Shown: positions 38,116-47,835 of the stretch, piece after piece
Layout: each line of letters opens with the position of its first letter
How positions within the stretch are numbered: the first letter of the stretch is position 1
Made by a program: the position numbers and the translations under genes
Assembly: GCA_034434015.1 (NCBI GenBank)
Contig: DAOUAB010000229.1
Location: 1 to 64,000 of the forward strand
Length of the DNA stretch: 64,000 nt
Direction of reading: 5' to 3'
Source: Anaerolineales bacterium
GTDB lineage: Bacteria > Chloroflexota > Anaerolineae > Anaerolineales > UBA6663
The notes under the pieces: generated by a model
Seen by the model: the letters and a program-made list of their open reading frames with translations, nothing else
What the model was told of the DNA's origin: nothing
Database searches by the model: none

Positions 38116-38754
38116 ATGCGCAAAATACTTTCCGTTGGTCTTGTGGCAGCGTTGGCCCTCGTGCTGACTGGCGCGTTCTTTTTTGCCGGGGTGGCCCTGG
38201 CCCAATCGCGTGGATCGGTCGCAGTCCCAACCCCCATGTCACCCGGCGCGTATATCAACCCCAATCCCGGCAACACAGGGGGTGATCCGTGGGGTTGGGG
38301 GTCGAGATCAGGGATGCGCTGGGGCGGGCCGGGGATGATGAACGGCTGTTGTGGCAATGGCAGCTGGCGTGAAGATTGGGGCGGTTGGGGGATGGGCTCG
38401 ATGCGAATGGGCATGATGCCGATGCATGGGTACTGGGGCCGTTCGACCGCCATCACGTCAACAGTTCCCGCACCGACTACCACATCGGTTTCATTCCAGA
38501 AAGACATTCAACCGATCTTCGAGGCGCGGTGTGTGGCCTGTCACGGCGGCGCGCGCGGCCTGTACCTGACCGACTACGACAGCGTGCTGCGTGGCAGTAC
38601 GAATGGGCCGGTCATCCTTCCGGGTGACCCGGTTGGCAGTCGCCTGATTCAGTATGTCGCCAGCGGCTATATGCCCTATGGCGGCCCGTCGCTGACCCAG
38701 GCGCAGATTCAGACACTCGTGAACTGGGTGGCAGCCGGCGCGCCCAACAACTGA
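38116..38754 (+). CDS. Secreted Met/Gly-rich protein with C-terminal cytochrome c (PSCyt1-like CxxCH) domain
   Basis: Signal peptide; GMRWGGPGMMNGCCGNGSW...GMGSMRMGMMPMHGYWG; CVACHGG haem motif. Confidence 0.7.
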   Translation: MRKILSVGLVAALALVLTGAFFFAGVALAQSRGSVAVPTPMSPGAYINPNPGNTGGDPWGWGSRSGMRWGGPGMMNGCCGNGSWREDWGGWGMGSMRMGMMPMHGYWGRSTAITSTVPAPTTTSVSFQKDIQPIFEARCVACHGGARGLYLTDYDSVLRGSTNGPVILPGDPVGSRLIQYVASGYMPYGGPSLTQAQIQTLVNWVAAGAPNN

Positions 38755-38769
38755 AACGGAATAAGCGCG

Positions 38770-39732
38770 ATGAACCGCACCACTATCTTCAGAGTGTTGG
38801 GCTTTGTCGTTGGCGGCGTCGTGCTGGCGTCTGCCGGGTTAGCGTCGGGGATGGCGTTAGCTCCAGCGAGGCGGGCGGCTATTGTGGTCGAGCCGTTGTC
38901 CACAGCCTCACCGTTGACCAGCGCCGATTTGCCATCTCAAACCACCACACTGTTGCCGCTGGCTGCGGACAATGGCCCGATTGCCCCCAGCTCTGCGACG
39001 CCGCCGCAACCTGACGGATGGCCGGGTGGCTACGGCGGCTGGACCGGCAGCATGGGAAACAGGGGTTGGGACGACTGGGAGATGAGGCCTGGCATGTCCC
39101 CACAGTACAACGCTGCGCCCGGTTATAGTATGCCCGGTGCGATGAATGGGAACTGGGGGATGCGGGGCGGCATGATGAACGATGGTTGGGGGATGGGCGG
39201 ATATAGAGGGAACAATAGCTATCGTGACCACTCTCAGACGCTTCCCAGCACGGCTCAGCCCATCGCTTCTCTGGACGCCGCCGCGCAAGCCGTGCGGGCT
39301 TATCTGGTCGCGTTCAACAACCCCGATCTGTCGCTGGCCGAAGTGATCCGGTTTGGCGATGGATACTATGCACGCGTTCGCGAGCAGAGCACCGGCCGCC
39401 ACGCATTTGCCCTGATGGTTGACCCGGCCACCGGACAGGTCTGGCCCGAGCCGGGCCCCAACGTCAGTTGGAACTCTCGTTATGGTCAGGGAGCAGCCAG
39501 GGAGATGACCGTTACGGCTGAGCAGGCGAGACAAATCGCCCAGGCTTCGCTCGACCTCAATGTGCCCGGCGCGACGGCTGGCGACCCGCTGACCTTCTAC
39601 GGCTACTACACTTTCGATGTCTGGCAGGCCGATCAGATCATCGGGATGGTCAGCGTCAGCGGCCTAACGGGCGAGGTCTGGTATCACAAACAATACGGCC
39701 CCTACATAGATCAGCTAATTCTTATACCGTAG
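38770..39732 (+). CDS. Secreted Gly/Met/Trp-rich protein with C-terminal PepSY-like domain
   Basis: Signal peptide; GWPGGYGGWTGSMGNRGWDDWEMRPGM...NWGMRGGMMNDGWGMGGY; C-terminal YGYYTFDV...GEVWYH. Confidence 0.55.
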   Translation: MNRTTIFRVLGFVVGGVVLASAGLASGMALAPARRAAIVVEPLSTASPLTSADLPSQTTTLLPLAADNGPIAPSSATPPQPDGWPGGYGGWTGSMGNRGWDDWEMRPGMSPQYNAAPGYSMPGAMNGNWGMRGGMMNDGWGMGGYRGNNSYRDHSQTLPSTAQPIASLDAAAQAVRAYLVAFNNPDLSLAEVIRFGDGYYARVREQSTGRHAFALMVDPATGQVWPEPGPNVSWNSRYGQGAAREMTVTAEQARQIAQASLDLNVPGATAGDPLTFYGYYTFDVWQADQIIGMVSVSGLTGEVWYHKQYGPYIDQLILIP

Positions 39733-39764
39733 GTCGAACGAAAACTTACCTCGGAGAATAGATC

Positions 39765-40187
39765 ATGAAAAACATGAACTGGACGCGTGGGCTGGTGATT
39801 GGTGGGATAACCCTGCTGGCGCTCGCGCTCGGGGCGAATCTGCTGGTCCCCCTGCTCTGGGGACGAGCAGGCGGCTGGGGCTATAATGGCTGCGGCTGGA
39901 ATGGCCTGGGGATGACCCTGGTGCCCGGAGCAGGTCTGGGCGGCTGGGGCGGCCCTGGCATGATGGGCATCAACCCCGTTGGCTGGATCGGCATGATCCT
40001 CATGGGGCTGTTCCCACTGGGCCTGCTCGTGGTGCTCGTCGCCGGCGGCGTGTGGCGGGTGCAGGCTCTGACGCGCAACACTGTCCCGCTCACCGCCGCC
40101 GGACCGTCACGCGCCTGTCCCAATTGCGGCCAGCCAGCCCAGACGGATTGGCGCAACTGTCCGCACTGCGGCGCGCAGCTTGCCTGA
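39765..40187 (+). CDS. Hypothetical membrane protein, Gly-rich segment plus C-terminal zinc ribbon (CPNCG...CPHCG)
   Basis: Two TM; C-terminal paired CxxC. Confidence 0.5.
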   Translation: MKNMNWTRGLVIGGITLLALALGANLLVPLLWGRAGGWGYNGCGWNGLGMTLVPGAGLGGWGGPGMMGINPVGWIGMILMGLFPLGLLVVLVAGGVWRVQALTRNTVPLTAAGPSRACPNCGQPAQTDWRNCPHCGAQLA

Positions 40188-40251
40188 TCCGATCATTCAG
40201 ACGTGGGGCGTTCGCACAGCGTGCGACGCCCCTGCGTTGCGTTATACGGCC

Positions 40252-40938
40252 GTGGCGAAGAAGATTCTGATCATCGAAGATGAAGCGAAGATCATGCGTA
40301 CCGTGCGGCTCTATCTGGAGCAGGCCGGATATAGCGTCGTGTGGGCCACCGATGGCGCACAAGGGCTGGCCGCCTTCCGCCATGAGAAGCCGGCGCTGGT
40401 ATTGCTCGACCTGAACCTGCCGGGTGAGCAGGATGGTCTGGATGTGTGCCGGACACTTCGGCGCGACTCCAACGTGCCCATCATCATGCTCACCGCCCGG
40501 AGCGAAGAAGTGGACCGGCTCATTGGACTCGAACTGGGCGCCGACGACTACATCCCCAAGCCGTTCTCGCCGCGCGAAGTCGTGGCCCGGGTGCGCGCCG
40601 TTCTGCGCCGCGCCGAACAACCCGGGGCGCCCCCAGAGTTCATCGAAGCCTCTGATATCCGCCTAGACCTTCAACGGCACACCGTCACCGTTTCCGGCAA
40701 ACCGGTCGAGTTGACCCCCAACGAGTTCGATCTGCTGGTGGCCTTCGTGCGCTATCCGGGACGAGTCTATACGCGTGCCCAACTGCTCGAACAAGCGCAG
40801 GGGCCAACGTATGAAGGCTATGAGCGCACCATTGACCAGCACGTGAAGAATCTGCGGCAGAAGATCGAACCCGATCCACGCGAGCCGCGCTACCTTCTTA
40901 CCGTGTATGGCGTCGGCTACAAGTTTGCGGAGGCGTGA
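40252..40938 (+). CDS. OmpR-family response regulator
   Basis: GTG start chosen; receiver (LLDLNLPGEQDG) plus winged-helix output domain. Confidence 0.85.
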   Translation: MAKKILIIEDEAKIMRTVRLYLEQAGYSVVWATDGAQGLAAFRHEKPALVLLDLNLPGEQDGLDVCRTLRRDSNVPIIMLTARSEEVDRLIGLELGADDYIPKPFSPREVVARVRAVLRRAEQPGAPPEFIEASDIRLDLQRHTVTVSGKPVELTPNEFDLLVAFVRYPGRVYTRAQLLEQAQGPTYEGYERTIDQHVKNLRQKIEPDPREPRYLLTVYGVGYKFAEA

Positions 40939-42419
40939 GGATGACGCGCAGTTTGTGGATCAAGCTGATGGGGGCGTTTGCGCTGGTCATCGTCGTCGGT
41001 ACCGGCATGGTCGTCTTCCTGGTCAGCCGGGCGACGACCGGGCAGTTTGAGTTGTACGTGACCCAGAGCGGACGTCAGTGGGCGGCCTGGCTGGCCCCGG
41101 CGCTGGCCGGCTACTACGCGCGTTCCGGTTCGTGGAGTGGCGTTGAAACGGTTTTGCAGAATCCGTGGGCGGCTGGCGGCACAGGCGGAGAGGGCTGGAT
41201 GGGGGACATGATGGGGGACGGCATGGACATGATGGAAGGCATGGGGGGATGGTGGAATGAGCCCGGCATGATGAGCGATAACATGTGGGCCGCCTCCGGC
41301 AACCGGTTGATTCTTACCGACGCCGAGGCGTTGGTGGTGGCGGACACGGCCGGGGCGCTGGTCGGAACCCGTTTGCCGGCCGACGACGTTGCGCGGGGGA
41401 TGCCGATCACGGTCGAGCAACGGCGCGTCGGCACGTTGATCGTCACGCCGTTCGACGCGCCCGCCACACCGGCCGGTGATTTTCTTGGCGCAGTCAATCG
41501 CTCCGTATTGTGGGCCGGCCTGGCGGCGGGCGGTGTCGCGCTGGTAATGGGATCTATTCTCTTCTTTCAGATCATCCGACCTTTGCGCAGTCTGTCCGCC
41601 GCCGCGCGTGGCATTACCCAGGGTGATCTGAGTCGGCGCGCGTGGGTCGGCGACAAAGACGAGGTCGGGCAGGTCGCCCTCACCTTCAACCAGATGGCCG
41701 AGACCCTGCAAGGCTACGCCGTCGAGCGCCGCAACATGATCGCCGACATTGCCCACGAACTGCGCACCCCGCTGTCGGTGATGCAGAGCAACCTGGAGGC
41801 GATGCTCGACGGCGTGCTGCCGGCCAGTTCAGAAGAGTTGGCCTCCCTCCACCAGGAAGCCTTGCTCCTCAACCGGCTGATCGGCGACCTGCGCACGCTG
41901 TCCCTGGCGGAGGCCAGGCAGCTGCGCTTGGAAAAGCGCCCGGTGGATGTGGGCGCGCTGGTTCAGCAGGTGACAGATCGATTGCGTCTGCGCGCCGGCG
42001 AGAAGGGCATCACGCTGGCGACCGAGGTAGCGCCGGGACTACCCGAAATCCAGGCCGATCCTGAGCGGCTGGCACAGGCCCTGGGCAACCTGGTGGACAA
42101 CGCGCTGCGCTACACGCGGGCGGGCACCTGCGTCGCTGTCGAGGCCCGGCCTGCGCCCGGCGGCGTCGAGCTGGCCGTCCGTGACGAAGGACCAGGCCTT
42201 CTGGCGGAGGATCTCCCCCACGTCTTCAACCGATTCTGGCGGGCTGAGAAGTCGCGAAACCGGGCGACGGGCGGCTCCGGCCTGGGTCTCGCCATTGTCC
42301 GGCAGCTTGCCGAGGCGCACGGGGGCCAGGCAATGGTGGAGAGCCCAACGGCCCACCCGACCGGCCCAGCCCGCGGCGCACGCTTCTCACTGCGCCTGCC
42401 GGCTGGGCGGAGCGCCTGA
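40935..42419 (+). CDS. Sensor histidine kinase with Met/Gly-rich periplasmic loop
   Basis: Periplasmic GEGWMGDMMGDGMDMMEGMGGWWNEPGMMSDNMW; HAMP; H-box HELRTPLSVMQSNLE; HATPase_c. Confidence 0.9.
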   Translation: MRMTRSLWIKLMGAFALVIVVGTGMVVFLVSRATTGQFELYVTQSGRQWAAWLAPALAGYYARSGSWSGVETVLQNPWAAGGTGGEGWMGDMMGDGMDMMEGMGGWWNEPGMMSDNMWAASGNRLILTDAEALVVADTAGALVGTRLPADDVARGMPITVEQRRVGTLIVTPFDAPATPAGDFLGAVNRSVLWAGLAAGGVALVMGSILFFQIIRPLRSLSAAARGITQGDLSRRAWVGDKDEVGQVALTFNQMAETLQGYAVERRNMIADIAHELRTPLSVMQSNLEAMLDGVLPASSEELASLHQEALLLNRLIGDLRTLSLAEARQLRLEKRPVDVGALVQQVTDRLRLRAGEKGITLATEVAPGLPEIQADPERLAQALGNLVDNALRYTRAGTCVAVEARPAPGGVELAVRDEGPGLLAEDLPHVFNRFWRAEKSRNRATGGSGLGLAIVRQLAEAHGGQAMVESPTAHPTGPARGARFSLRLPAGRSA

Positions 42420-42484
42420 AGCCGCCTGGCCGTATCAAAACCGGCGTTTCCCCCGTTAATCACGGCGGTAGAAAGGTCAACCAC

Positions 42485-43039
42485 TTGGATTCCTGCGAAT
42501 CCGATCTCATTCAGCGCGCCCGGCACGGTGATCCGGACGCACTGGTCGCGCTTTACGAACGCCATCAACCATCGGTGTTCACCTATGTCTATTACCGCGT
42601 GGGCGATCAGGTCGCAGCGGAGGACCTGACCGCTGAAGTATTCGCACGCATGGTCAAGAAGGTGGGGGACTATACCGACTGTGGCCGTCCGATCCTGGCC
42701 TGGCTGTATACCATCGCCCGCAATCTGATCGCGGACCACTACCGCGTCCGGAACGCGGTTGCGCCCGTGCCGCTAGAAGAAGCCCTGGTCGCCGGCGAGA
42801 CCGGACATCCCGCCATTGTGGCCGAGTATCACCTGGCGCAGGAGTGCCTGGCGAAGGCGCTGCGCTGGCTGACTGAGGAGCAGCGTCAATTGATCATGCT
42901 CCGCTTCGTCGAGGACCGTGAGGTCGAGGAAGTCGCCGCCATTATGGGGAAGAATGAGCGCGCCATTCGCTCCCTTCAACATCGGGCACTGGCCGCCCTC
43001 CACCGCGCCGTCGTGAAGGAAGGTTGCTATGAGCCCTGA
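42485..43039 (+). CDS. ECF (sigma-70 family) RNA polymerase sigma factor
   Basis: Region 2 (LVALYERHQPSVFTYVYYRV) and region 4 HTH (EVAAIMGKNERAIRSLQHRA). Confidence 0.85.
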   Translation: MDSCESDLIQRARHGDPDALVALYERHQPSVFTYVYYRVGDQVAAEDLTAEVFARMVKKVGDYTDCGRPILAWLYTIARNLIADHYRVRNAVAPVPLEEALVAGETGHPAIVAEYHLAQECLAKALRWLTEEQRQLIMLRFVEDREVEEVAAIMGKNERAIRSLQHRALAALHRAVVKEGCYEP

Positions 43040-44201
43040 CTTCGATCTGGTTCTGGACGAGTGCCTGGGCCGGCTGCGCGCCGGGGAAAGCGGCGAGGCC
43101 TGCCTGGCCCATCACCCCGCCGAGGCGGGACGACTGCGCCCGCTCCTTTCCACGGCTACCTGGGTGCGGCGCTTGCCCGCCCCTCGCTCCAGCCCGGAGG
43201 CGCTCATCGCCGGGCGGGAACGCCTGCTGGCGGCTGCGCGCGTTTACCAGCCCCCTGAAGCAGGGGTGGTTCGTCCCGTATCATCCGAGCTCCTTTCCCG
43301 TTATTCAGTGCGGATTGTCACCGCACTGCGCGATCTGTTGATCGGAAAGGAGACCAGAGGAATGAAACTCGTATTGCGCGTGGCGCTTAACTTGATGGTA
43401 GTCATCGTCGTCACAAGCGTTCTGACCATCACCGCCTCAGCCAATAGCCTGCCGGGCGACGCCCTGTATGGCGTCAAGCGTACCTGGGAGGAGGTGCGCC
43501 TGGGTCTGACACTTGATCCACAGGCTCGCAGCGCTATCGAGCGCCAGTACGCGGCGGAACGGCAGGAAGAGATTCGCACGCTTGTGGGCCTCGGCCGTGA
43601 AGTGGCCCTTGAGTTGGAGGGACGCCTGGAAGCGCTGGAGCCAGGGCGGTGGATCGTGAGCGGACTGGCCCTGCAGGTGAACGACCAGACGGTGGTCGAA
43701 GGCACACCGACTGTGGGGCTGATTGTCCAAGCGCATGTCCGCGTGCAGGGCAATGGCGGGCTGCTGGCCCTGCGGTTGAAGGTGATGACCCATACGGGCG
43801 CGCCGATTGTCCCAGTGCCGGAGCGCTCTTCCACGCCGCGCGGCGCGTCCAGCCCGGCCAATCATGGGAACGCGCCGACTGACGACACACCGTGGCCGAC
43901 ACCCGAGATGAGCCATACGCCGCAGCACAGGGCGCAACCGACAGCCGAGCACACGCAAATGCCGGGCCATACGCCGGAGCATACACCCTGGGCAACACCC
44001 ATCTCGACCCATACACCGGAGTACATGCCGCCAGCCCACACCCCCGAGCACACACCCTGGGCAACGCAAATGCCAGAGCACACCCCGGACCACGATCCCG
44101 AGCATAAGCTTTTGCCTTCAGCCACGCAGATGTCTGTCCACTCCCCAGAGCATCCCCCGGAGCACATGCCCGGCGCGACCGAGCCGCACGACGGGCCGTG
44201 A
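43029..44201 (+). CDS. Putative anti-sigma factor with extracytoplasmic domain and C-terminal His-Pro-Glu tandem repeats
   Basis: Overlaps the sigma stop; N-terminal zinc-anti-sigma-like region (CLAHHP); single TM; C-terminal repeats HTPEHTPWAT x several. Confidence 0.6.
   Translation: MSPDFDLVLDECLGRLRAGESGEACLAHHPAEAGRLRPLLSTATWVRRLPAPRSSPEALIAGRERLLAAARVYQPPEAGVVRPVSSELLSRYSVRIVTALRDLLIGKETRGMKLVLRVALNLMVVIVVTSVLTITASANSLPGDALYGVKRTWEEVRLGLTLDPQARSAIERQYAAERQEEIRTLVGLGREVALELEGRLEALEPGRWIVSGLALQVNDQTVVEGTPTVGLIVQAHVRVQGNGGLLALRLKVMTHTGAPIVPVPERSSTPRGASSPANHGNAPTDDTPWPTPEMSHTPQHRAQPTAEHTQMPGHTPEHTPWATPISTHTPEYMPPAHTPEHTPWATQMPEHTPDHDPEHKLLPSATQMSVHSPEHPPEHMPGATEPHDGP
43900..44180 (+). repeat. 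Imperfect in-frame tandem repeats encoding (H-T/M-P-E-H) units
   Basis: Repeated cacacc-ggag-cac / ccctgggcaac units visible in DNA. Confidence 0.45.
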
Positions 44202-44349
44202 CTCTTGATCGGCATCTGGTCATCTTTATCGGCGCCACATGGCGCCGATAGTGTTTAACGGCTGATTGGCGTGGGTGGCCTCTGTACAATACTCGTCAGC
44301 CATGCTAATATATCATCAATCTCTGATGCAATGATATAAGGAGCGCCAG

Positions 44350-44772
44350 ATGTTGTTGACGGCAGATAAGACGGGTCTGGAAGTCAAGGCCAAACTCTTT
44401 CGGGGGTTCGGAGATCCCTCGCGCCTGGGCATCCTGGATGCCCTGCGCAGCGGGCCGCTGACCGTGAGCGAGATCGTCGAGGCCACCGGCCTCTCCCAAT
44501 CCAATGTCTCTAATCACCTGGGCTGTCTGCGCGACTGTGGGCTGGTGATAGCTGAACAAGAGGGCCGCTACGTCACTTACCATCTGAGCGATGACCGCGT
44601 GGGTGAACTATTGGCTCTGACCGAGTCGCTCCTGGCGGATGTGGCGCGCGGTGTCTACGAATGCACCCGCTACAACATCCGGGCTGCGGAATCTCAGCCG
44701 ACCCAGGCATCCAGAGTTCATACGGGTCGGCGGATCCCGCGCCGGGCACTTCGCGGACGGGCACGCGCCTGA
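44350..44772 (+). CDS. ArsR/SmtB-family metal sensor, CmtR-like (CLRDCGLV alpha4 Cys pair plus C-terminal Cys)
   Basis: [33 protein letters not shown]; C-terminal YECTRY. Confidence 0.85.
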   Translation: MLLTADKTGLEVKAKLFRGFGDPSRLGILDALRSGPLTVSEIVEATGLSQSNVSNHLGCLRDCGLVIAEQEGRYVTYHLSDDRVGELLALTESLLADVARGVYECTRYNIRAAESQPTQASRVHTGRRIPRRALRGRARA

Positions 44773-44794
44773 CGCGCGCACGGTTACGAACTGC

Positions 44795-45550
44795 ATGAGC
44801 ACTCCGCTTGAGATGTCACCGTCCCGCCGCAACGCCATTGTCGCCAACCGGCTGGTGTTAGGGCTCAGCCGCAATTGGGTGGCAACCTTTATCACGTTCT
44901 TCGGGATATTTATCACCCTCCCGTGGCTGGCGCCGGTATTCATGAAGGTGGGCGCAACCGGCCTGGCGCGCGCGATCTACTTCATTTATTCCTTCGAGTG
45001 TCACCAACTGCCTGAGCGAGCCTACTACTTATTCGGCATGAAATCCATGTACTCGCTGGCCGAGATTCAGGCAGCCTGGCAGCCAACCAATAATCCCCTC
45101 CTCCTGCGCCAGTTCATCGGCAATCAGCAGTTAGGTTACAAGGTGGCGTGGTGTGACCGGACGACTGCGATGTATGGCGCGATTTGGCTCCTGATACTCG
45201 TCTGGCGGCCTTTGAGCAAACGGCTGCGCCCGCTGCCGCTGTGGGCTTTTGCCCTGCTCACCTTCCCCATTGCCATAGACGGCGGCACCCACTTTATTAG
45301 TGACCTGATGGGACTTGGAGTTGGGTTCCGCGAAACGAACGTCTGGCTGGCGGCGCTGACGGCGAATGCCTTTCCGCTTTGGTTTTATGCTACCGACGTC
45401 ATCGGCTCGTTCAATTGGTGGATGCGGTTGCTGACCGGCTTCCTGTTCGGCCTTGGCCTGGTCTGGCTGGCCTACCCTCAAGCCGAAATCTTCTTTGCTG
45501 AAGCGGCGGCCCGGATCGACATGAAGTTGCGGATGGCAGGCGTGCGTTGA
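44795..45550 (+). CDS. DUF2085-family membrane protein
   Basis: FECHQLPERAYYLFG motif; multiple TM; immediately downstream of the CmtR-like gene. Confidence 0.6.
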   Translation: MSTPLEMSPSRRNAIVANRLVLGLSRNWVATFITFFGIFITLPWLAPVFMKVGATGLARAIYFIYSFECHQLPERAYYLFGMKSMYSLAEIQAAWQPTNNPLLLRQFIGNQQLGYKVAWCDRTTAMYGAIWLLILVWRPLSKRLRPLPLWAFALLTFPIAIDGGTHFISDLMGLGVGFRETNVWLAALTANAFPLWFYATDVIGSFNWWMRLLTGFLFGLGLVWLAYPQAEIFFAEAAARIDMKLRMAGVR

Positions 45551-45613
45551 GGATCGTGCGTAGGCCTTTTTATTTTGGTGCGTTATATCATCATTTGATA
45601 ATGTGATAACTCG

Positions 45614-46126
45614 ATGTTGGCAGGCATGGTAATGGATAGAAAACTCAAAGCCGTTTCAGGAGTGTTACTGGGACTGCTGCTGGCGTTGGTCGCGGACAGC
45701 GTGTCCAAACTCTGGGCGGAGCAAACGCTTCGCCTTCATCGGCCTGTGCCGATATTGGGTGACATGTTCCGTCTCACGCTTAGCTATAACACCGGCGTGG
45801 CATTCGGGCTGTTTGCCAACGGCGGCATCTGGCCGCTCGTCATCACCGGCCTCATCATCATTGGCCTGGCGGTCTGGCTGGTGAACACCCTCCGCAGCGG
45901 CGAACAGACTCGTGCGGCGGCCTGGCCCATCGGGCTGATTCTCGGCGGGGCGATTGCCAACTTCGCCGACCGCCTGCCGGATGGCCGCGTCACCGATTTC
46001 CTCGACCTGGGCCTCGGCACGGCCCGCTGGCCGACTTTCAACCTGGCGGACAGTTTCATCGTGCTGGGTCTGATCCTTCTGCTCATAGCTGGACGCATTC
46101 CGAAAGCTTCGCCAGACAGCGAATAA
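45614..46126 (+). CDS. lspA: Lipoprotein signal peptidase II
   Basis: NTGVAFG and FNLADSFIV catalytic-Asp motifs; 4 TM. Confidence 0.85.
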   Translation: MLAGMVMDRKLKAVSGVLLGLLLALVADSVSKLWAEQTLRLHRPVPILGDMFRLTLSYNTGVAFGLFANGGIWPLVITGLIIIGLAVWLVNTLRSGEQTRAAAWPIGLILGGAIANFADRLPDGRVTDFLDLGLGTARWPTFNLADSFIVLGLILLLIAGRIPKASPDSE

Positions 46127-46581
46127 TGCCTGCAATGAATTGGCGACCGCACCGGTTCACCGTGATCTCGTTTGCTCTATTGCTGCTAGATCAGGCTTTT
46201 GACCTGGTCGTGGAATTTGCCCTGCCGGAAGGCGCGTCCCGCCTGTTCATTCTCGGACGGATGGGGATCACACGGCCCGTCAGCCCTGGCAGTGCGATGC
46301 TTGATACCGCCTCCTTTTTTGTTGTGTTGACGATTATCGGTGTGCCCTTCTTGTGGTGGTACAAGCGCCACATTGTCCCCGACGCCCTCTATCGTACCGC
46401 AGTGGCAGTTTTTCTCGGGGGACTGCTGGGCAACCTGGCCGATGGCTGGCGAGTCGGCCATCCGGTCGATTACCTGCGTGCCGGTGTCCCCTTTAATCTG
46501 GCCGACGTGGCCCTGGTGATGGGAGCAGTCTTGCTGTTCTATCGGATGTTGAGGCCACTCCGAGGGTTACAGGGGGGGTGA
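46126..46581 (+). CDS. Signal peptidase II paralog
   Basis: GNLADG and FNLADVALV motifs; start overlaps the upstream stop. Confidence 0.65.
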   Translation: MPAMNWRPHRFTVISFALLLLDQAFDLVVEFALPEGASRLFILGRMGITRPVSPGSAMLDTASFFVVLTIIGVPFLWWYKRHIVPDALYRTAVAVFLGGLLGNLADGWRVGHPVDYLRAGVPFNLADVALVMGAVLLFYRMLRPLRGLQGG

Positions 46582-46588
46582 AGAGACC

Positions 46589-47215
46589 ATGTTCCTGAGA
46601 AGCATGGTTCTGCTCCTGCTTGCACTGGTGGCCGTCAATCTGTGGTGGCGCTGGGCGAGCCGTCGCCGCTCGCTCCCCTGCCCCACATGGCTGGCTGGGT
46701 TTGTGGATGGCCCTGTGATGGATAGAGTCCTGGGCACGCAGACTACCCTGGATCGCATTGGGCTGCGACCTGGCTATCGGGTGCTCGAAATAGGGCCGGG
46801 GCCCGGTCGGCTGCTCATCCCGGCCGCCCGGCGTGTGCTACCCGGCGGCGAAGTCGTCGGCCTGGATATCCAGCCGGGGATGATTGAACGGCTCAAAGCG
46901 CGGGCGGCGCAGGCCGGTGCGTCGAACCTGACGACGAGTGTGGGCGATGCGACGCAACCGCATTTTCCACCAGATAGTTTTGACGTGATTTATTTCTGCA
47001 CGGTACTGGGCGAAATCCCGAACCGTGAAGCGGCGTTGCGGCAGTGTTATGCGGCGCTCAAATCTGGCGGCCAGCTTTCGATCACGGAAATCTTTCCCGA
47101 CCCACACTACCAATCCCGCGCGACAGTGAAACGATTGGCAGAGGCGACGGGCTTTCGACTACAAGCCATGCCCGGGCCGTGGTACTTTTTCTCGGCGAAC
47201 TTTGTGAAAGCATAG
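46589..47215 (+). CDS. Class I SAM-dependent methyltransferase (N-terminal TM)
   Basis: Motif I VLEIGPGPG; motif II/III DVIYFCTVLGEIPN. Confidence 0.8.
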   Translation: MFLRSMVLLLLALVAVNLWWRWASRRRSLPCPTWLAGFVDGPVMDRVLGTQTTLDRIGLRPGYRVLEIGPGPGRLLIPAARRVLPGGEVVGLDIQPGMIERLKARAAQAGASNLTTSVGDATQPHFPPDSFDVIYFCTVLGEIPNREAALRQCYAALKSGGQLSITEIFPDPHYQSRATVKRLAEATGFRLQAMPGPWYFFSANFVKA

Positions 47216-47241
47216 CCGGTTCGTTGGCACAGAGTCTTAGA

Positions 47242-47835
47242 ATGAGCCAAACGTTTTTCCACAGCGTCTTTGTCGTCTTCTTCACGCTGTTTGCCGCGAT
47301 CCGTGTGTATTTCCAGTGGCGCGCCCGGCTAGTGCAGGGGCAGGTTGAATACAAAGAAGGTAAGCTGAATATCGCCTTGCGCGCCCTCATTGGCGCAATA
47401 TTTTTCCTCGATGTCTTACTCTACATCGTTCGCCCGCAGGTCCTGGCGTGGGCGGAACTGCCGCTGCCGCAATGATTGCAGTGGCTGGGCGTTGTGCTGG
47501 GCATAGTCAGTCTTCCCCTCCTCGCGTGGACGCAGCAGGCCCTGGGGAGCAATTTTTCGCCGACGCTCCATGTGCGCCGGGAGCATAGGCTGGTGACCAG
47601 CGGGCCTTATCGCTACATGCGCCACCCGATGTATACGGCATTGTTTCTGTCCATGGCGGCGATTCTACTGCTGACGCGGAGCTGGCTCGTCGGCGGTGTT
47701 CCGCTCGTCGGCCTGTGTGTGATCGTGCTCCTGCGCGTCGAGCGTGAAGAGCGCGTGATGATCGGGAAATTCGGCGACGCGTATCGCGACTATATGAAAC
47801 GCACCGGACGATTTTTGCCTCGGGTGATACGTTGA
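47242..47835 (+). pseudogene. ICMT/PEMT-family methyltransferase interrupted by in-frame TGA at 47473-47475
   Basis: N-terminal TM half (MSQTFFHSVFVVFF...) and C-terminal catalytic half (GPYRYMRHPMYTALFL...EERVMIGKFGDAYRDYMKRTGRF) are in the same frame separated by a single TGA. The aligned position in paralogs is a hydrophobic residue, not Cys. No downstream hairpin seen. Confidence 0.5.
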
